The notes below the pieces were generated by a model. The model was not told where the DNA came from. It saw nothing but the letters and a program-made list of their open reading frames with translations, and did no database searches. A stretch of 64,000 bases of DNA from Ginglymostoma cirratum (Eukaryota). The position numbers and the translations under genes are program-made. The DNA lies in contig JAHRHZ010000222.1 in the NCBI GenBank assembly GCA_024137785.1, positions 34,846,463-34,910,462 on the forward strand. The letters are read 5' to 3'. Positions 23,450 through 36,525 of the stretch are shown in pieces. How positions within the stretch are numbered: position 1 is the stretch's first letter; every line of letters begins with the position of its first letter.

Positions 23450-24930
23450 TTTGCTCATGCAATATGGGCATCACTGGCTGAGCCAGGATTTACTGCCTGC
23501 CCCAAGTTGCCCTGTAGAAGGTGGTGGTGAGTTGTCTGTTTGAATTACTGCTGTGTAAAGACATCTGCAATGCTGTTAGGCAGCTTCAGCATTTTGACCC
23601 AGGGGCTCTGAAGGAACAGTGATATGGTTCTAAGTCAGGATAGTATAGATGGGGCTTGGAGAGAAACTTGTAGGTGGTGGTATTCCTATGCATCTACTGC
23701 TCGTGACCTTTTGATGGATGAGGTCATGGGTTTGGAAGATGCTGCTGAAGAAACCTGGAGAATTTGCTGAGGTGCCTCTTGCAAATGGACACACTGCTGC
23801 CATTGCATGTCGGCAGTGAAGAAAGGGAATGCTGAAAGTGCTGGATGAGGTATCAAGCGGGCTACTACGTGTGGACGGCATCAACCTTCTCGAGTATTGT
23901 TGGAGCTGCATTCATTGAGGAAAGCTTTCCTGCTCGGCCTGCTGTGTTCATCCAGCCCCACACCTTGTTATCTCGGATTCTCCAGCATCTGCAGTACCTT
24001 TTATCTCTGATACGATTTCATTCAGGAAAGACCGGTTGTAGGACTCCTGGCCTCAGTCCTGCTCTTGTAGACAGCATTTATATGACTGGTCCAGTTGAGT
24101 TTTTGGCCAACCCACAGGATGTTAATCATGGGGGATTCAGCAATGGTGATGCTATAGAATGTCAAGGGACAATGGTTAGATTCTCTCATGTTGGAGCTAA
24201 TCATAGTCTGGACTTGTGTGGCATGAATATTACTTGCCACTTACCAGGCCAAGTCTGGATGGCATCTAAGTCTTGCTGCATATGGTTACACACTGTTTCA
24301 GTATCTGAGGAATCATGACTGCTGCTAAACGTTGTTCAATCAGTGAGCATCCCCAGTTCTGACCTTATAATGGAGGGAAGTTCATTGATGAAGCAGCTGA
24401 CAATCGTTGGGACTAGGACACTACCCTGAGGAAGTCCTGCAGAGATGTTCTGGAGCGGAGATTAACCTTCAACTACCACAACCATTTTCCTTTGTGTTAG
24501 GTAGGACTCCAATTAGCAGACAGCTTCTTCCACCGCCCCCCAAACCCGATTCTAACTGACTCAAATGTTTCTAGGATTCCATGGTGCCTTCATATCAAGG
24601 GCAGTCACTCTCAGTTCACCTCTGGAGTTGAACTCATTTTTTGATCAAAGCTGTAAAACTGTCTGAAGTAACCTGGGTCTGGCAGAATCTAAACTGAGCA
24701 TTGAAGAGCAGGTCATTCCTTTGCAAGTGCCACTTGATAGGAATGTCAACACCCTTTCCACAATTTGCTGATGATCAAGAGTAGGATGATAGGGCTGGGT
24801 CTGATTTGTCCTGCTTTTGTTGCACAGGAGATAATTGGCAATTTTCCACATTCTGAGTCAACACAAGTATTGAAACTGTACTGGGATGGATTGGCTCGTG
24901 GAACAGCTAGTTCTGGAGCTCAAGTCTTTT
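23450..24930 (-). mobile_element. Decayed CR1-group LINE (same family as 1-1700)
   Basis: Minus ORFs 24022-24240 (TIAESPMINILWVGQKLNWTSHIN) and 24645-24851 (MWKIA); 3' UTR at 23450-23900. Confidence 0.8.
23925..24016 (+). mobile_element. Short Penelope-derived insertion with 14-bp TSD
   Basis: ggcctgctgtgttcatccagc is the reverse complement of the 58926-59022 insert. Flanked by TTCATTGAGGAAAG (23911-23924) and TTCATTCAGGAAAG (24017-24030). Confidence 0.65.
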
Positions 24931-24931
24931 G

Positions 24932-26290
24932 AAATGGTGATTAAGCCTGCCAACAAGGGTGGTGCTGTTATTGTCTGGCAGACTGACCTCTACGTTGCAG
25001 AGGCTGAGTGCCACCTCTCCCATGGATCACGACCCCACCAAGGAACAGCAGCTACTGTATCCACAACGGTCACTAACCTCATTATCTGTTGATCTCCCCC
25101 ACCACTGCCTCCAAGCTCATGGTCTCCCAACCACGCACAGCTCGCTTCTACCTCCTTCCCAAAATCTACAAAACAAGACTGCCCAGGCTGACCCATGGTT
25201 CCTGCCTGCTCCTGCCCCACAGCAGTCATCTCTTACTACCTTGGCTCAGCATTTTCTCCCCTTATCCAGTCCCTGCCCACTTACATCCACAATTCCACTG
25301 ATGCTTTATGTCAGTTTCAGAATTTCCAGTTTGCAGGCTCCAGCTGCCTCCTCTTTACCATGGACATGCAATCCCTTGACAAGTCCATCCCTATCAGGAT
25401 CGTCTCCAGGCTCTCCACTATTCCTGGAAAAAAAACCCTGAACCATCCCCCTCCACCAACACCCTCCTCTGCCTCCCTGAGCTTGTTCTCACTCTGAAAA
25501 ACTTCTCTTTTAACTCTTCTCACTTTATTAAGTTCAAAGGGGTGGCCATGGGTACCTGCATGGACCCCAGTTATGTCTGTCTCTTTGTGGGGTACTCCAT
25601 GTTTCAGTCCTATTCCAGCCCCTACCCAGAACTCTTTCTCCAGTACACTGACAATATCATTGGTGCTGCTTCCCTCTTTTGTCCAGAATTGGAAAAGTTC
25701 ATCAATTTCACTTCCAATTTTCACCCTGCTCTCACCTCCACTGGGTCCATCTCTGACTCCTCCCTTCCTTCCTTGGTATCTCCGTTTCCATTTCTGGGGA
25801 TAGGCTGGTCACTGATATCCACTATAAAGCAAATGACTCCCAGAGTTACCTTGACTATGCATCCTCACGCCCTGCTTCCTGTTAAAAACAAACTTTATTC
25901 CATTCTCCCAGTTCTTTCATTTTCATCACATCTGTTATCATGATGCCAACTTCAACAGAGGCGCCTCTGAAATGTCCACCTTCTTCCTCAACTGAGGAGT
26001 TCAGCCCTCACTCCCTCTCTTTCATCCCACAACAGCAATAGGGTCACTCGTCCTTACCTACCATCCCACCAACATCCACATCTAAAGGATCATTCACCGC
26101 CTCGAGCAGGATACTATCTCCAGACACATATTCCCCTCCCCCTCTTCAGTCTTCCACAAATACCCCCAACACCCACTCAACAGCCCCATGGCACCTTCCC
26201 CTGCAACTGCAGAAGGCGTAACACCTACCTGTTTACTTTCTCCCTCCTCAGTGTCCAAGGGTCAAGCACACCTTCCAAGTGAAACAGCAG
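24932..26290 (+). mobile_element. Penelope-like retroelement RT pseudogene
   Basis: Frameshifted PLE motifs in order: VIKPANKGGAVIVW, PRTARFYLLPKIYK, LFTMDMQSL, GVAMGTCMDPSYVCLFVG, FLQYTDNIIG, IHYK, then GTFPCNCRRRNT (Cys linker preceding the GIY-YIG domain). Confidence 0.9.
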
Positions 26291-29136
26291 TTACTCATGA
26301 CGTCAGGACGCAGCCAAGATGAACGAATTTCAGATGAATGAATAATTGTGCATTCTTCAACAACAACTTGTATTAATATGGCAACTTCAATGAAACAAAA
26401 TGTTCGGAATGTTGCCCAAGAGTATTATAAATTAGCTACTGACACACAAATCAATATTGGGACAGATGATTTAAAGATCTTAAAGGGTGAGAAGAGAAAA
26501 GAAATTAAGTTTAGGAGGGACTTGCAAGACAAAAACTACTTTAAAAATGCATCCGACAAACACTGAGACAATCCCTTAAATTTGTCAATGATAATGCAAG
26601 GACAATATTGGAAAAAATGGTTGACAGTGGACAATTTCACTTCCTTAGCGAAGCTCTATGATGCACCCAGTTAATCTTATGTGAATCTTTGCAGCTGGAA
26701 TGCACATGCTAAGTGAGGACAAGGATTTCACCATACACGTATATGATTTAAATGAACTTTCTTTCAAAAGGCTGCATGAGACATAAATTCACAATCTTAT
26801 GTAAGTCGCAAAGCAACATAAAAAGAAATATCTGACATCTTCGATTCTGTTATCTAAAGGCAGAAATGCCTCCACACATTCACCACAGGAACAAAACACC
26901 TGGGTTGTTCCCTTTTTTTTTTTAATTACACTTGGGATTGTTCAATAGAAATGTCATGGCACCCAACTCAATAACCACCATTCTGTGTCATATAAATTTC
27001 TAGTCTCACTGGAGTCTTTATGGATTGTTTCAATCTTTGAAATACTAATATTACATGCAATTCAAATAGAATCCTACTTCACAACTGTACAGCAGAAGCC
27101 CTGTGGCAATTTGATAGTTCTCAGCAATACTGTCTACAACCACTTCCTTTCCCCATTCTCACACCATGGAGTAACTTTTAGCAATACTGCACAGATATCA
27201 ATTATATCTATCATGTGGCCCAAGTGAACCATTTCTCATTGAGCTGGTGGTTCATTAGGAAAATTTCACTACTTTTCCAACATCCATATGAATGGACAAC
27301 TACTACAATCCAGCAGCTATCATGTTATACTGCTGTCTCCAGGTACTGAAAATGCCCTAGAGTTTGCTGAAATGCACCAGACTGTTTAGGCATTGCCACA
27401 AGCCGACAGGGACCCCCTGACCCAGGACTTAAATAGTTTAACAAACAGCAAATAATTTGGGATTATTTTGGTCTGTTTAAGCCCCTCCAGAGATGCTTCA
27501 ATTCACTGAACATGCCTGCTGCATCTCCCTGATCATGTTCCAGGCCACACGATGCAGTGCATTATACCTAACTTCATAACATCTTGACTGCCCCAAAAGG
27601 TACTACATAAATTGTTTTTCAGGACCTGTTTTCACATAAAAGGATTCCTTCTCTTTGCAATTATCTTACTCATTGCTTTTGACCAGCTAATCAAGCTGCA
27701 TCTTCCACTTGCATGTGGCTTTGGCCGCATGGACAAAAGAACTATTTGCCATATCATCAGGCAAGTCCACTCTATTGGAAGTTACATAAGCTTCACTTTC
27801 ATCAATATCCTTCTACTGGCTGAATGTTTTTCCCGCTACACAACTGGAAAGCAAAGGAAATGCCAAGGTATTCACAACGACATGATCAATTACCATGCTG
27901 CTCTGAACCCCATGCTGATACCATGTAATTGGTTGTAATACGTCAAGTGATTTGTTGCGAGAAGTGTCGATTTGCAACTCAGTCCTCAAGATAACATCCG
28001 AATTGTTTCAAATGTCCTGCAATGCTTTGGCTGGGTCAGTTGTACTGCATTTCAGCTTTGTTCCCTCTTCTGAAAACTAAATTATGCTGCAGATTCTCAT
28101 GTGTCCAGATGCTTGGACAGAATTCAATGGTGGGGACCTATCTTATCCTGATTTTTGTGCAGTTCTTTAACATAAGCTTATTATTTTGAAAGTGCCAGTT
28201 TTCCTCTATTCTGAACCTTGTCACGAGATTTTTAGTCAGGTTTCATTACACAACACCAGCTTCTACTTCTTTCATCTCCCAGAAGTATAGTGGAATTCAC
28301 CATAATTGTTCTTCAAGATGGTGCTCCAGAATATTGCTTGTAACATATATGATGATCAAATTTATGACAATGAAAAAAGATTAGGAATACCCATGTCATG
28401 AAGTGGTACCTCATTCAGCCACAAAAAGACCTCATCAATCACACAGAGAACACAAAAACAAGATCAGAAGAGAAACAATCTAGCCCAATCCATCCAGATT
28501 GTATATTTATTATCCAAAAGTACAATGCCCAAGCTATTTCTCCCTTGAATAAAAAAAAACCATGCAATGCTGTGAGAAGTAGGAGCAGTCAGTCAAACCT
28601 AACCAACTAGATTCACCACAGCTTAACAAAGGACATGTGGAATGAAAACAATTAAACTAATGCTAATGTGAATTGCGCTGAGTTTCAGATCATCATGCAG
28701 TTGGATGTTAAATCATTTCCTAAAGTGTCATGACTGCATTCCAATTTGGGAAAACACTGATTTATTTTACTTCAGTAGGTGCCAAATATTGTCCATTAGT
28801 TTAAGCCTACAGAGGCCTAATTAAAACAATACTGAGATCTTACTACATTGTATTACTGCTCTACAATCCAATCAACTGGTTAGTTGCAATCACATATCGC
28901 ATTTGAGAGATGAGCATTAAAGGTTTAATATTTCACTTTAGATAATTAAATTCAAATATCTTTCAGACTTCCAGATCATCAAATTCAGCTTCAAATATAC
29001 AGAAACAATCAAGAAATGTAAAATGTACAATTTAATCAATCCAAGCTGAAAAATAAACTTTTCTACTCCTCACTTAGTGAACTAGCTGACAAAAAGGTTA
29101 GTGAAATTTTCGGTCACAAATGCAAATTCTAAAGGA

Positions 29137-32100
29137 ATTACAACTTCTTGGGCCTGTCTACCAAATTTATTGTTACAATCCGGTTAAGGACAATAACCCT
29201 TACTCATAAAGTAGACAAAGGATGAGTTCCAGGGGACATGCTAAAATAACGAAGTCACAAGATTCTACAGTTTTGAACAAAAATTTACTGCACATATTAG
29301 TACAATATAACCTACAAAATTCCTGTGACTTATCTGCAGCACCTAGAATTAACATGGTAAACGGGTAATATGTGATGATCAAATATCTCATAATGCACAT
29401 CAAATAGCAAATGCAATTGGTTCTTGAGTAATTGGCCCCTAATGTTAATGACACAGAGTTGTCAAATTGAATTAAAGTTTTAAGGGATTGCAATTCTTCA
29501 CTCCACTCAAAAGCAGTTTCATCATGGACTGTTTCGTCAAAAACTGCTTTTGTTCAGGTCGATCATACTCCTCTCCTAAGTCTGTGCTCCCCTCGTTGCC
29601 AAAACTCCTCTCAAGTACTCATTTACAAGCATAGCTTCAGCTGTTCACCAGCAGCTAGCTTTACCAAGCCAGCACAGTCCCTGCACCTCAGCCCTAGCCC
29701 AAGCTCGAATCTTGCTCGGTTACATGTAGTATTTACTTCATGTGAGCTTTTCAACCACCTCTCCCTCAGCTGTACCTGCTTCTTCTAAGCCTCTCAATAT
29801 TTCACCAACACAAAGCCAGTGACCTTCCCACTTCCTTATCTCTCCTTGACTTCTGAGTCCTAACTTCAACAATTAGTTGCCTACTGATTCCAAGACATTC
29901 TTTCTGAATTCTAACAGCACAGAGCCACCAAATATTTTCAGCTGAGTCCCACTACAGAGAATCTACTCAGTTCAACTGTTTTTCCAGCAGTCCAGCTAAC
30001 TATTGCAGTCCTAAAATAAAGTCTACGTCTTGACCTGCTCCGAATTGTGGCCCTGTAACTACTTTTCAGTGACCAGCTAACTGTTCTTCGGGCCTAGTGA
30101 CCCACCTACCTAACCCCAACTCAATCACTGATTTGAGTTTTGCCACTAACAACGCTGGAACCAAGAGTGTTCCGAATGTCACATTTCACAGGAAACAGTG
30201 GATTTAAATATCATGTTATTTACATAACCGAGCACTGGTGCTTTTACACACATCTTTCCTTTATCTCTGCAAAGCTTCCTTTTAAGTGCATTGGCATGTG
30301 TCACCGTTCTCATCAGTTGTGATAATTCCACATTTAAGTTCATTTTCCAAACTCAAACAAACCAACTTCTCATTTTGAGGTAAGAAATGGTCAAAATTGC
30401 TACTTTGTGTGCCAATAATTTCTCTTTCCTCGCCAAAATCGCTTTTGGCTTTTTCAAGAACATTACTGAGATTTTTTTTTGTGTGTTCCAATACAAATGC
30501 ATACGTTCCTGCCAGATTTGATCTCTGCACACTTTGAGATCTTTCATTTTCTCCTCATCTCATTCCAAACATGCCTTATTTAACTCTTTCCAAGTGATAT
30601 CCACAGCTTCCACTTTCTGTACTTTGATTTTCCTTTCCAACACATCATCTCCCACGCAGTTCACAAAGCACTTCCTTTAAATCCTCTTTGGGTTTTAAAT
30701 AGTCTTTTGGGAACTGCATACTTACTTGGATTCCTGCTATTATATCCTGTGTCTCAATACTGGCAAGCACTCCTAGTTTGGTGTTGTATCATTAACCCTT
30801 CAAGGTCACTTTACAATCTCAATCCCTTCCTTTGAAAGATCTGCATGGGCAGTTCCACAGGCCCTTTTATGGCTTCTGTATTGTCCATTATGCAGACACA
30901 GTGACTTTATATGCACAGAAACAACTTCAGAACTAGGGGACCTCTTCCAGGATGGTGAAGAAAACATGCTGTACTTTAAAAAAAAGTCTATATTTTTAAT
31001 AAGCTATTAAGAATAACTGTAACCTTACAACGTCCCTTTATCACGCACAAATTAAACTTATGTATTGATAAAGACAGACACTTCCCATCAACACCCTGTA
31101 TTAACATCTTTTGATTCAGCAAACATTTTCAGGAAAGATCCACATCCTTTACTAACAACAAGCTCTCAGCCGAACAACTACTGCACAGTATTACAATTGT
31201 TTTGGGCCCTTTCTTGGGCAGAAACAGGATGATTTCCCCTTCAAAAAGAAACCCTTTACAATCCTTGACATCTCTACCTATTTCTACTTTAAAAACATTA
31301 AACACAAAGTTTCTACCAAGCTTCACTTTCTGATGCAACTTTCCCTATAGAAATTTCTGTCATGTGCACCAATGTCACTGGTTTATCACCATTTCCTTTA
31401 CCAAGTGAAAACTCAATCAGGTCTACCAATCTGGTTCCAACAATTTGTCTTAGACACTCTGTCATTTGCCAACGAAACATACAAGTTTCCTTCTACATTA
31501 TCCTTTTTCCTAAAAAAAAACTGGAACAACTTCATCTTTCTCCTGAAAGTCAGGTTATTTCTATTCCCCCAGCTACCCAGTTGTTTTCCATTGCTGCCTA
31601 TAAGAAAAATTACAGGCAGAGATGCTGCCTCTTTTTCTTGACACTCAACATTTATCCATCCAAATAGCATTCCAATATCAATCAATCCTATTCCTGAAAT
31701 GTGCTATACAGTTATAATCTCCCATTTTTAAAAGTTTGCTCTAACTTCCATGAACAAAACCACTGATTTCATAATATTGATCTTTCCCCAACGAATTCAA
31801 TACTGAGTTTCATCTTTCTTGCCCTAAGCCTTAATTGGTAAGCTTGAGGAAAACTCCAGCACTAAATACCACAGCTTTAACTGTCTCATAACCTGAAGGT
31901 TATTCTTCCAAAATACTAGAATAAACATCCATCACTTTATCAGTCAAGACAATTTATTGTGCACGTGTAAGGAGTTCATGACTCCTTTGGTCACTTGAAA
32001 TTTTTAGCAAACTTTCACGAGAGAGAGAAAAATCTCTCTAGCTCTTCTGTAAATTTAGGACCGAAAAGGAGATTTTTGGTTTAATCTAACTTTCAAGTGG

Positions 32101-33150
32101 AGCTCACCTTCTCGTCTGAACTGATAGACTCTTACTGCATGTGCCTGATGTTCTCTTTTACCCAGTTGATGCTTCCTCATCTCTTCCTATCTTTGACCTT
32201 CAAAGACCTACCTGTCCCTTTTGATCCTGAAGCGCTTTATCTGTAGCTGAATTCTAGATAACACAAGCTGTGTTTTATTTGGGTTAGATGCTTCTTCAAA
32301 TCCAGATGTTGCGCTATTACCTCAACTACATTTTATTTTTAGCTTTGGCTTCTCAACTTTTCTGCTAATTCTATTTAGCTACCATTCATCAACATATGCA
32401 CAACACTCAGGGATACATCTTCCTTCTCAGAAAAGGCAACTGACATAGCCATTTTGGTTTTCACTATGTATATTAAAATTGGTCATGAAAATCTTAAACA
32501 CCTTTAACCTCGTCAAGTTCCAGCGTATTTGTCTGTAGCCTACAAATTCTGCAAGAGCCACAAATTATGTTATGAACTGTGATCAGACTGCCAAATTTAC
32601 AATTGCAATCTCGTTAGGGACAAGTAACCTTTATTTATAAAATAGACAAAAGGTGAGCTCCAGGGACATACGAAAAGAATAAAGTCTCGTGATTCTGCAG
32701 TTTTGGACAAACAATAAGACTTCACTATACAAGTTAGAACAATACAATCTACACTACATATACAACTTATTCATAACACACAAAATTTACATGTGGTACA
32801 CATAAATGATATAAGGTGAATGAACAGTCCACAATGCACATCAATTAGAAAATGTAATCAAGAAAAGATCTCATGGATTTCTCCTCCCAAATGTTAATGG
32901 CAGTGGATCATCAAATCCCAAGCTTTGCAAGGGATTGCAATTTTGCTGATCTGGCCGCGAAGCTCCCTCTCAAGAGCTGCTCCATCATGGAGTGCCTTAA
33001 TGGGTGCTTCTGCTCTGGTCGATCACACTCCTGTCCTTGATCTATGCTCCCCTGGATACCAAAACAGCATTTAGGTCCTCATTCACAAGCATAACTCCAG
33101 CTCTTCACTAACAACTAGCTTCACCAAGCCAGTCCAAACCCTGGGTCTTC
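29137..33150 (-). mobile_element. Ancient Gypsy (Gmr1-like) LTR retrotransposon with two diverged LTRs and a deleted internal region
   Basis: Direct repeats ~29137-29710 and 32568-33150. Degenerate tRNA-Pro-like PBS just inside the right LTR. Gag ATG at 32452. Gag motif PKFTEELERFFSLS*KFAKNFK*PKES*T at ~31975-32060. Protease-like KTIVILCSSCSAESLLL near 31180. Confidence 0.7.
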
Positions 33151-34997
33151 TAGCCAAGGCATTGTGGATGAGTTCAAAAGAGAAAAGTTCCCACAATCCA
33201 TATTGAATTATGCTATTTGAGTCAGGACAGTGCTAAGGGCATGACAATAAGTCTTCAAGATTCAGCTAGTGAGGAAAGAAACAAAACCAGCCAAGTTTTC
33301 AATTCCGATTACTAGCCAGTGATCTCTGTTGGAAATATATGTAGACTTTAACAACATACCATTGCGGCAAGATGAAAAAAACGTTGATAGCCAGTTAGCC
33401 TATTTTAGCTCGTCAAGAATGGACAATCCACTCTCCCTCCCAGAGAATTCAATTGTGTTTGCAAATTATTCTAAAGCCTTTGCAGTCCCCCTCTATTCAT
33501 AGACTGCTCCTTATCAATTGCATAAATTGATCAATAAGCGATGTGGCGTTTTCTGACATTAGTCCTAAATTTTGTTTTAATTGTTTGATCTCATGGCCAG
33601 TTAAAAATAATGAGGGAAGGACAAAGAATGTTACTGAAGCGTATAAACTTACAAAAATGATAGTCAGGGAAAAAAAAATCAATTGATCCATTTAGCCTAT
33701 TCAAGCATTTATGCTACAGTTGAGTATCACTGTGTTCAATGTTCCCCAACAGCCTGCCACACACTTACTACCTTTCACTCAGTCATATACAGCTACAATA
33801 CCGAGAGACAATCACCTTCTTTAAAGAAAATAAAAAGCCAGCTTCTACAATTGTTTTCCTATGCCTCATTCTCCTGACTTGGAATCAGATATCCTGTCAC
33901 TATTCCAGACACTCCCACTGCCGGAATACCTTGTCAGCACAGACTGTCTTGGCTCCTGCTTCAGGAATGGTCACCATGATAAAGTATTTGGAGAAACCTG
34001 AGACTGGGAATCCACTTCAGCAAATAAAAATTATGGTTTTGAGGAGAAGGACAAGAAAGGAAATTGGTACGAATTAGCAAACGGGGAAGAAGAAAATTAG
34101 GCATGGGATACTAAATACATTAGTGATTCTGGTGGTCAACCGGGGTCCAGAAAAATTTCAAGCTGACTTTAAAGCTACTTGGTCATTGGCACACTCGACA
34201 CAGTTACTGGATAACATAGAAAGTGACTTGTATCGATGAACTAGAAACATTAACTTAGTAATGGAGAAGAATCTCTTCACTAAACCTAACTATGCATATT
34301 TTAAACCTTGAAATAGGGTTCAATACCAGATCTACAAGTCATATTTTAATATGTCTGTAGAATAAGTGAACCATTTTTGGATGCCGTATATCCCACACAT
34401 CTATCTGGGCGAGGGACCAGAGATATGGTCACACTATTATGGCAGGAGGTAGATCACCTTCCTTGAAAGGCTGTACAATTCTGGAATAAATTACCTGGCC
34501 TTTTCAGTAGAGCAATACATTTGGAAGTTTAGACTCACTAGGGAGGTAATTACTGAGATATGTGCATCGCTGGCTCCAGTTTTAGAGGATCCTCAGCGAT
34601 TTCAACTGTTCTGCCTTTGGCTGTTAAGGTTACAGCAGTCATTAACCTTCCGCTACAGGCTTCTTCCAGGTACTCGGAACAACACAGTGGCACTAGTCAA
34701 AGTGTCGTACAAACCTGCATTTAGGAAACAAATACAATGTTCCAGAAAGTCAGTTGTTTATTCACTCGCTCAATATCATGATGAAGCAGTCGGGCATAAC
34801 ATGTTCTGCTATTGTAGGCTTTCCTACAGTGCTGTACACTAATTCTAGGTGGACTGTATTCACATTGAAATATGGGGGAGATTAACACACATTCTTTCAA
34901 TAGGCACATAAATCCTGAAGGTTTAAAAACTTTCTCCTTCAGCCTCACCTCACTCTGTGTCCCTAACTTATTTGAGCAATGGAACCAGTTATAAACC

Positions 34998-35033
34998 AGT
35001 TCTGATGAAAGGTCATGACCTGAAACATTAACT
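34998..35033 (+). ncRNA. Minimal hammerhead motif (Penelope-derived, stem III mutated)
   Basis: AGUU-CUGAUGA-A-AGGUC-AU-GACCU-GAAA-CAUU-AACU; same architecture as 1472-1509, with CG changed to CA in the stem III palindrome. Confidence 0.55.
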
Positions 35034-36039
35034 CCATGGACAGAATCTTATGCCCGCCTCGTGGCATGAGGAGTCAGAAGGGTGGCATTTAACCAGGCAG
35101 GCATATGCTAGGTGTGGTGTCCATCATCTTCCTACCCTAAACCAATTAAACCTGGATCAGGAAGTTGCCATTTTAAAACATTCAAATTGTATAGATCCTA
35201 CAAACACAGTGTCATTTTCTCCAATTTTGATACTAACCATCAATTGGTCTGTCTGAATGAAAACAGAAACAAGTGAAAAAATTGGCTTGTCAGTGTATAA
35301 GAGACACAATGTAACAGTATTTTTAAATAGCATCACAACAACCAATGTTTAAGGAAAGGGAGAGGCTCAAGTCTGAATACATTACTGATTACATTTTGGA
35401 GAAAAGATAATTTTAGAAAGCTAACTAATGTGTGTAAAACACTGCATGCTGGGTTCACTGTATATTTTAGTGAAATGTGAGAAAAAATATAATGGCACAT
35501 ACTAGTGAACTGTTATCGTTAACTTACAAATCAAACATTTTCAAGTATATTCTGATCAGGCCAACAGTGGAACACAACATCTTACCTCTGCGGCCTGACA
35601 CTAGAAAGGGAGAAAGTATCAGCATAATTGCAATTTTTACAATTTTATCTGAGGCACCTGCTCGAACTTAAACTTCTGCTGCAATCCACGTGCTATTATT
35701 GATTTATTCACGCTCTTAAAGGGCACATACATACTTTGACACATAAATACAGGATGGTATACTGAACTTTATCTAGCAGAGAATAAAAGCACCATTTTGC
35801 AGTGAGTACAATTCCTTGAGGAAATAAATAATGTATGTCTTGCATGCCCTCCCACTTGTGAAGTACCCACCTTGTACTTACCAGTCTCCACAAAAGGCAG
35901 AACCTAGTTCAGGGAACTACAACTTGGGGAAATCACAGGTGGAAATCTATAAACTATTAGTGACTCTGATACACAGCAGTTCTGCAAAACCTGGAAATAT
36001 ATCAGCTGTCAATCATGGAAAATAAACATCCCACAATCA

Positions 36040-36525
36040 CATGAATTGTTCAATATGTTGGGGAGCGTTCACAAGAATAATCCCAAGGATGACAAATTTC
36101 AGTGATGCTTTTAGATTGAGAAGCAGAGACTGTTTTCCTTGGAGAAAACTGAGAAGAGGTTCGATAGCCATGTTCAAAATTATGAGATTCTGGATTGAAG
36201 AATCAATAGAGAGAAACTGTTCCCATTGGTGGAAAGACCAGAAATCAGAGGGCACAAATTTAAAGTGATCGGTAGAAAAAAATAACAATGGCAACAAATG
36301 GAAAACCATTGTCACCCAGCAAGTGGTTTTGATCTGAAATGCACTGCCTGAGAGTGTGGTGGTATTAGGTCCAATTGAGGCATTCAAAAAGGGAATTATC
36401 TCATCATCTTAAAAGGAAGAAAATGCAGGGCCACAGGTTCCAGGGAAATTGCACTCACAGACATCCAGCACTGACATGACTGATCAAATGGTCTCCATTT
36501 ATGATATAAACATCCTATGAATCTA
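36040..36525 (+). mobile_element. Old CR1 LINE 3' fragment
   Basis: ORF 36041-36268 (FTRIIPRM...RRGSIAMFKIM); cacccagcaagtggttttgatctgaaatgcactgcctgagagtgtggt. Confidence 0.8.
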
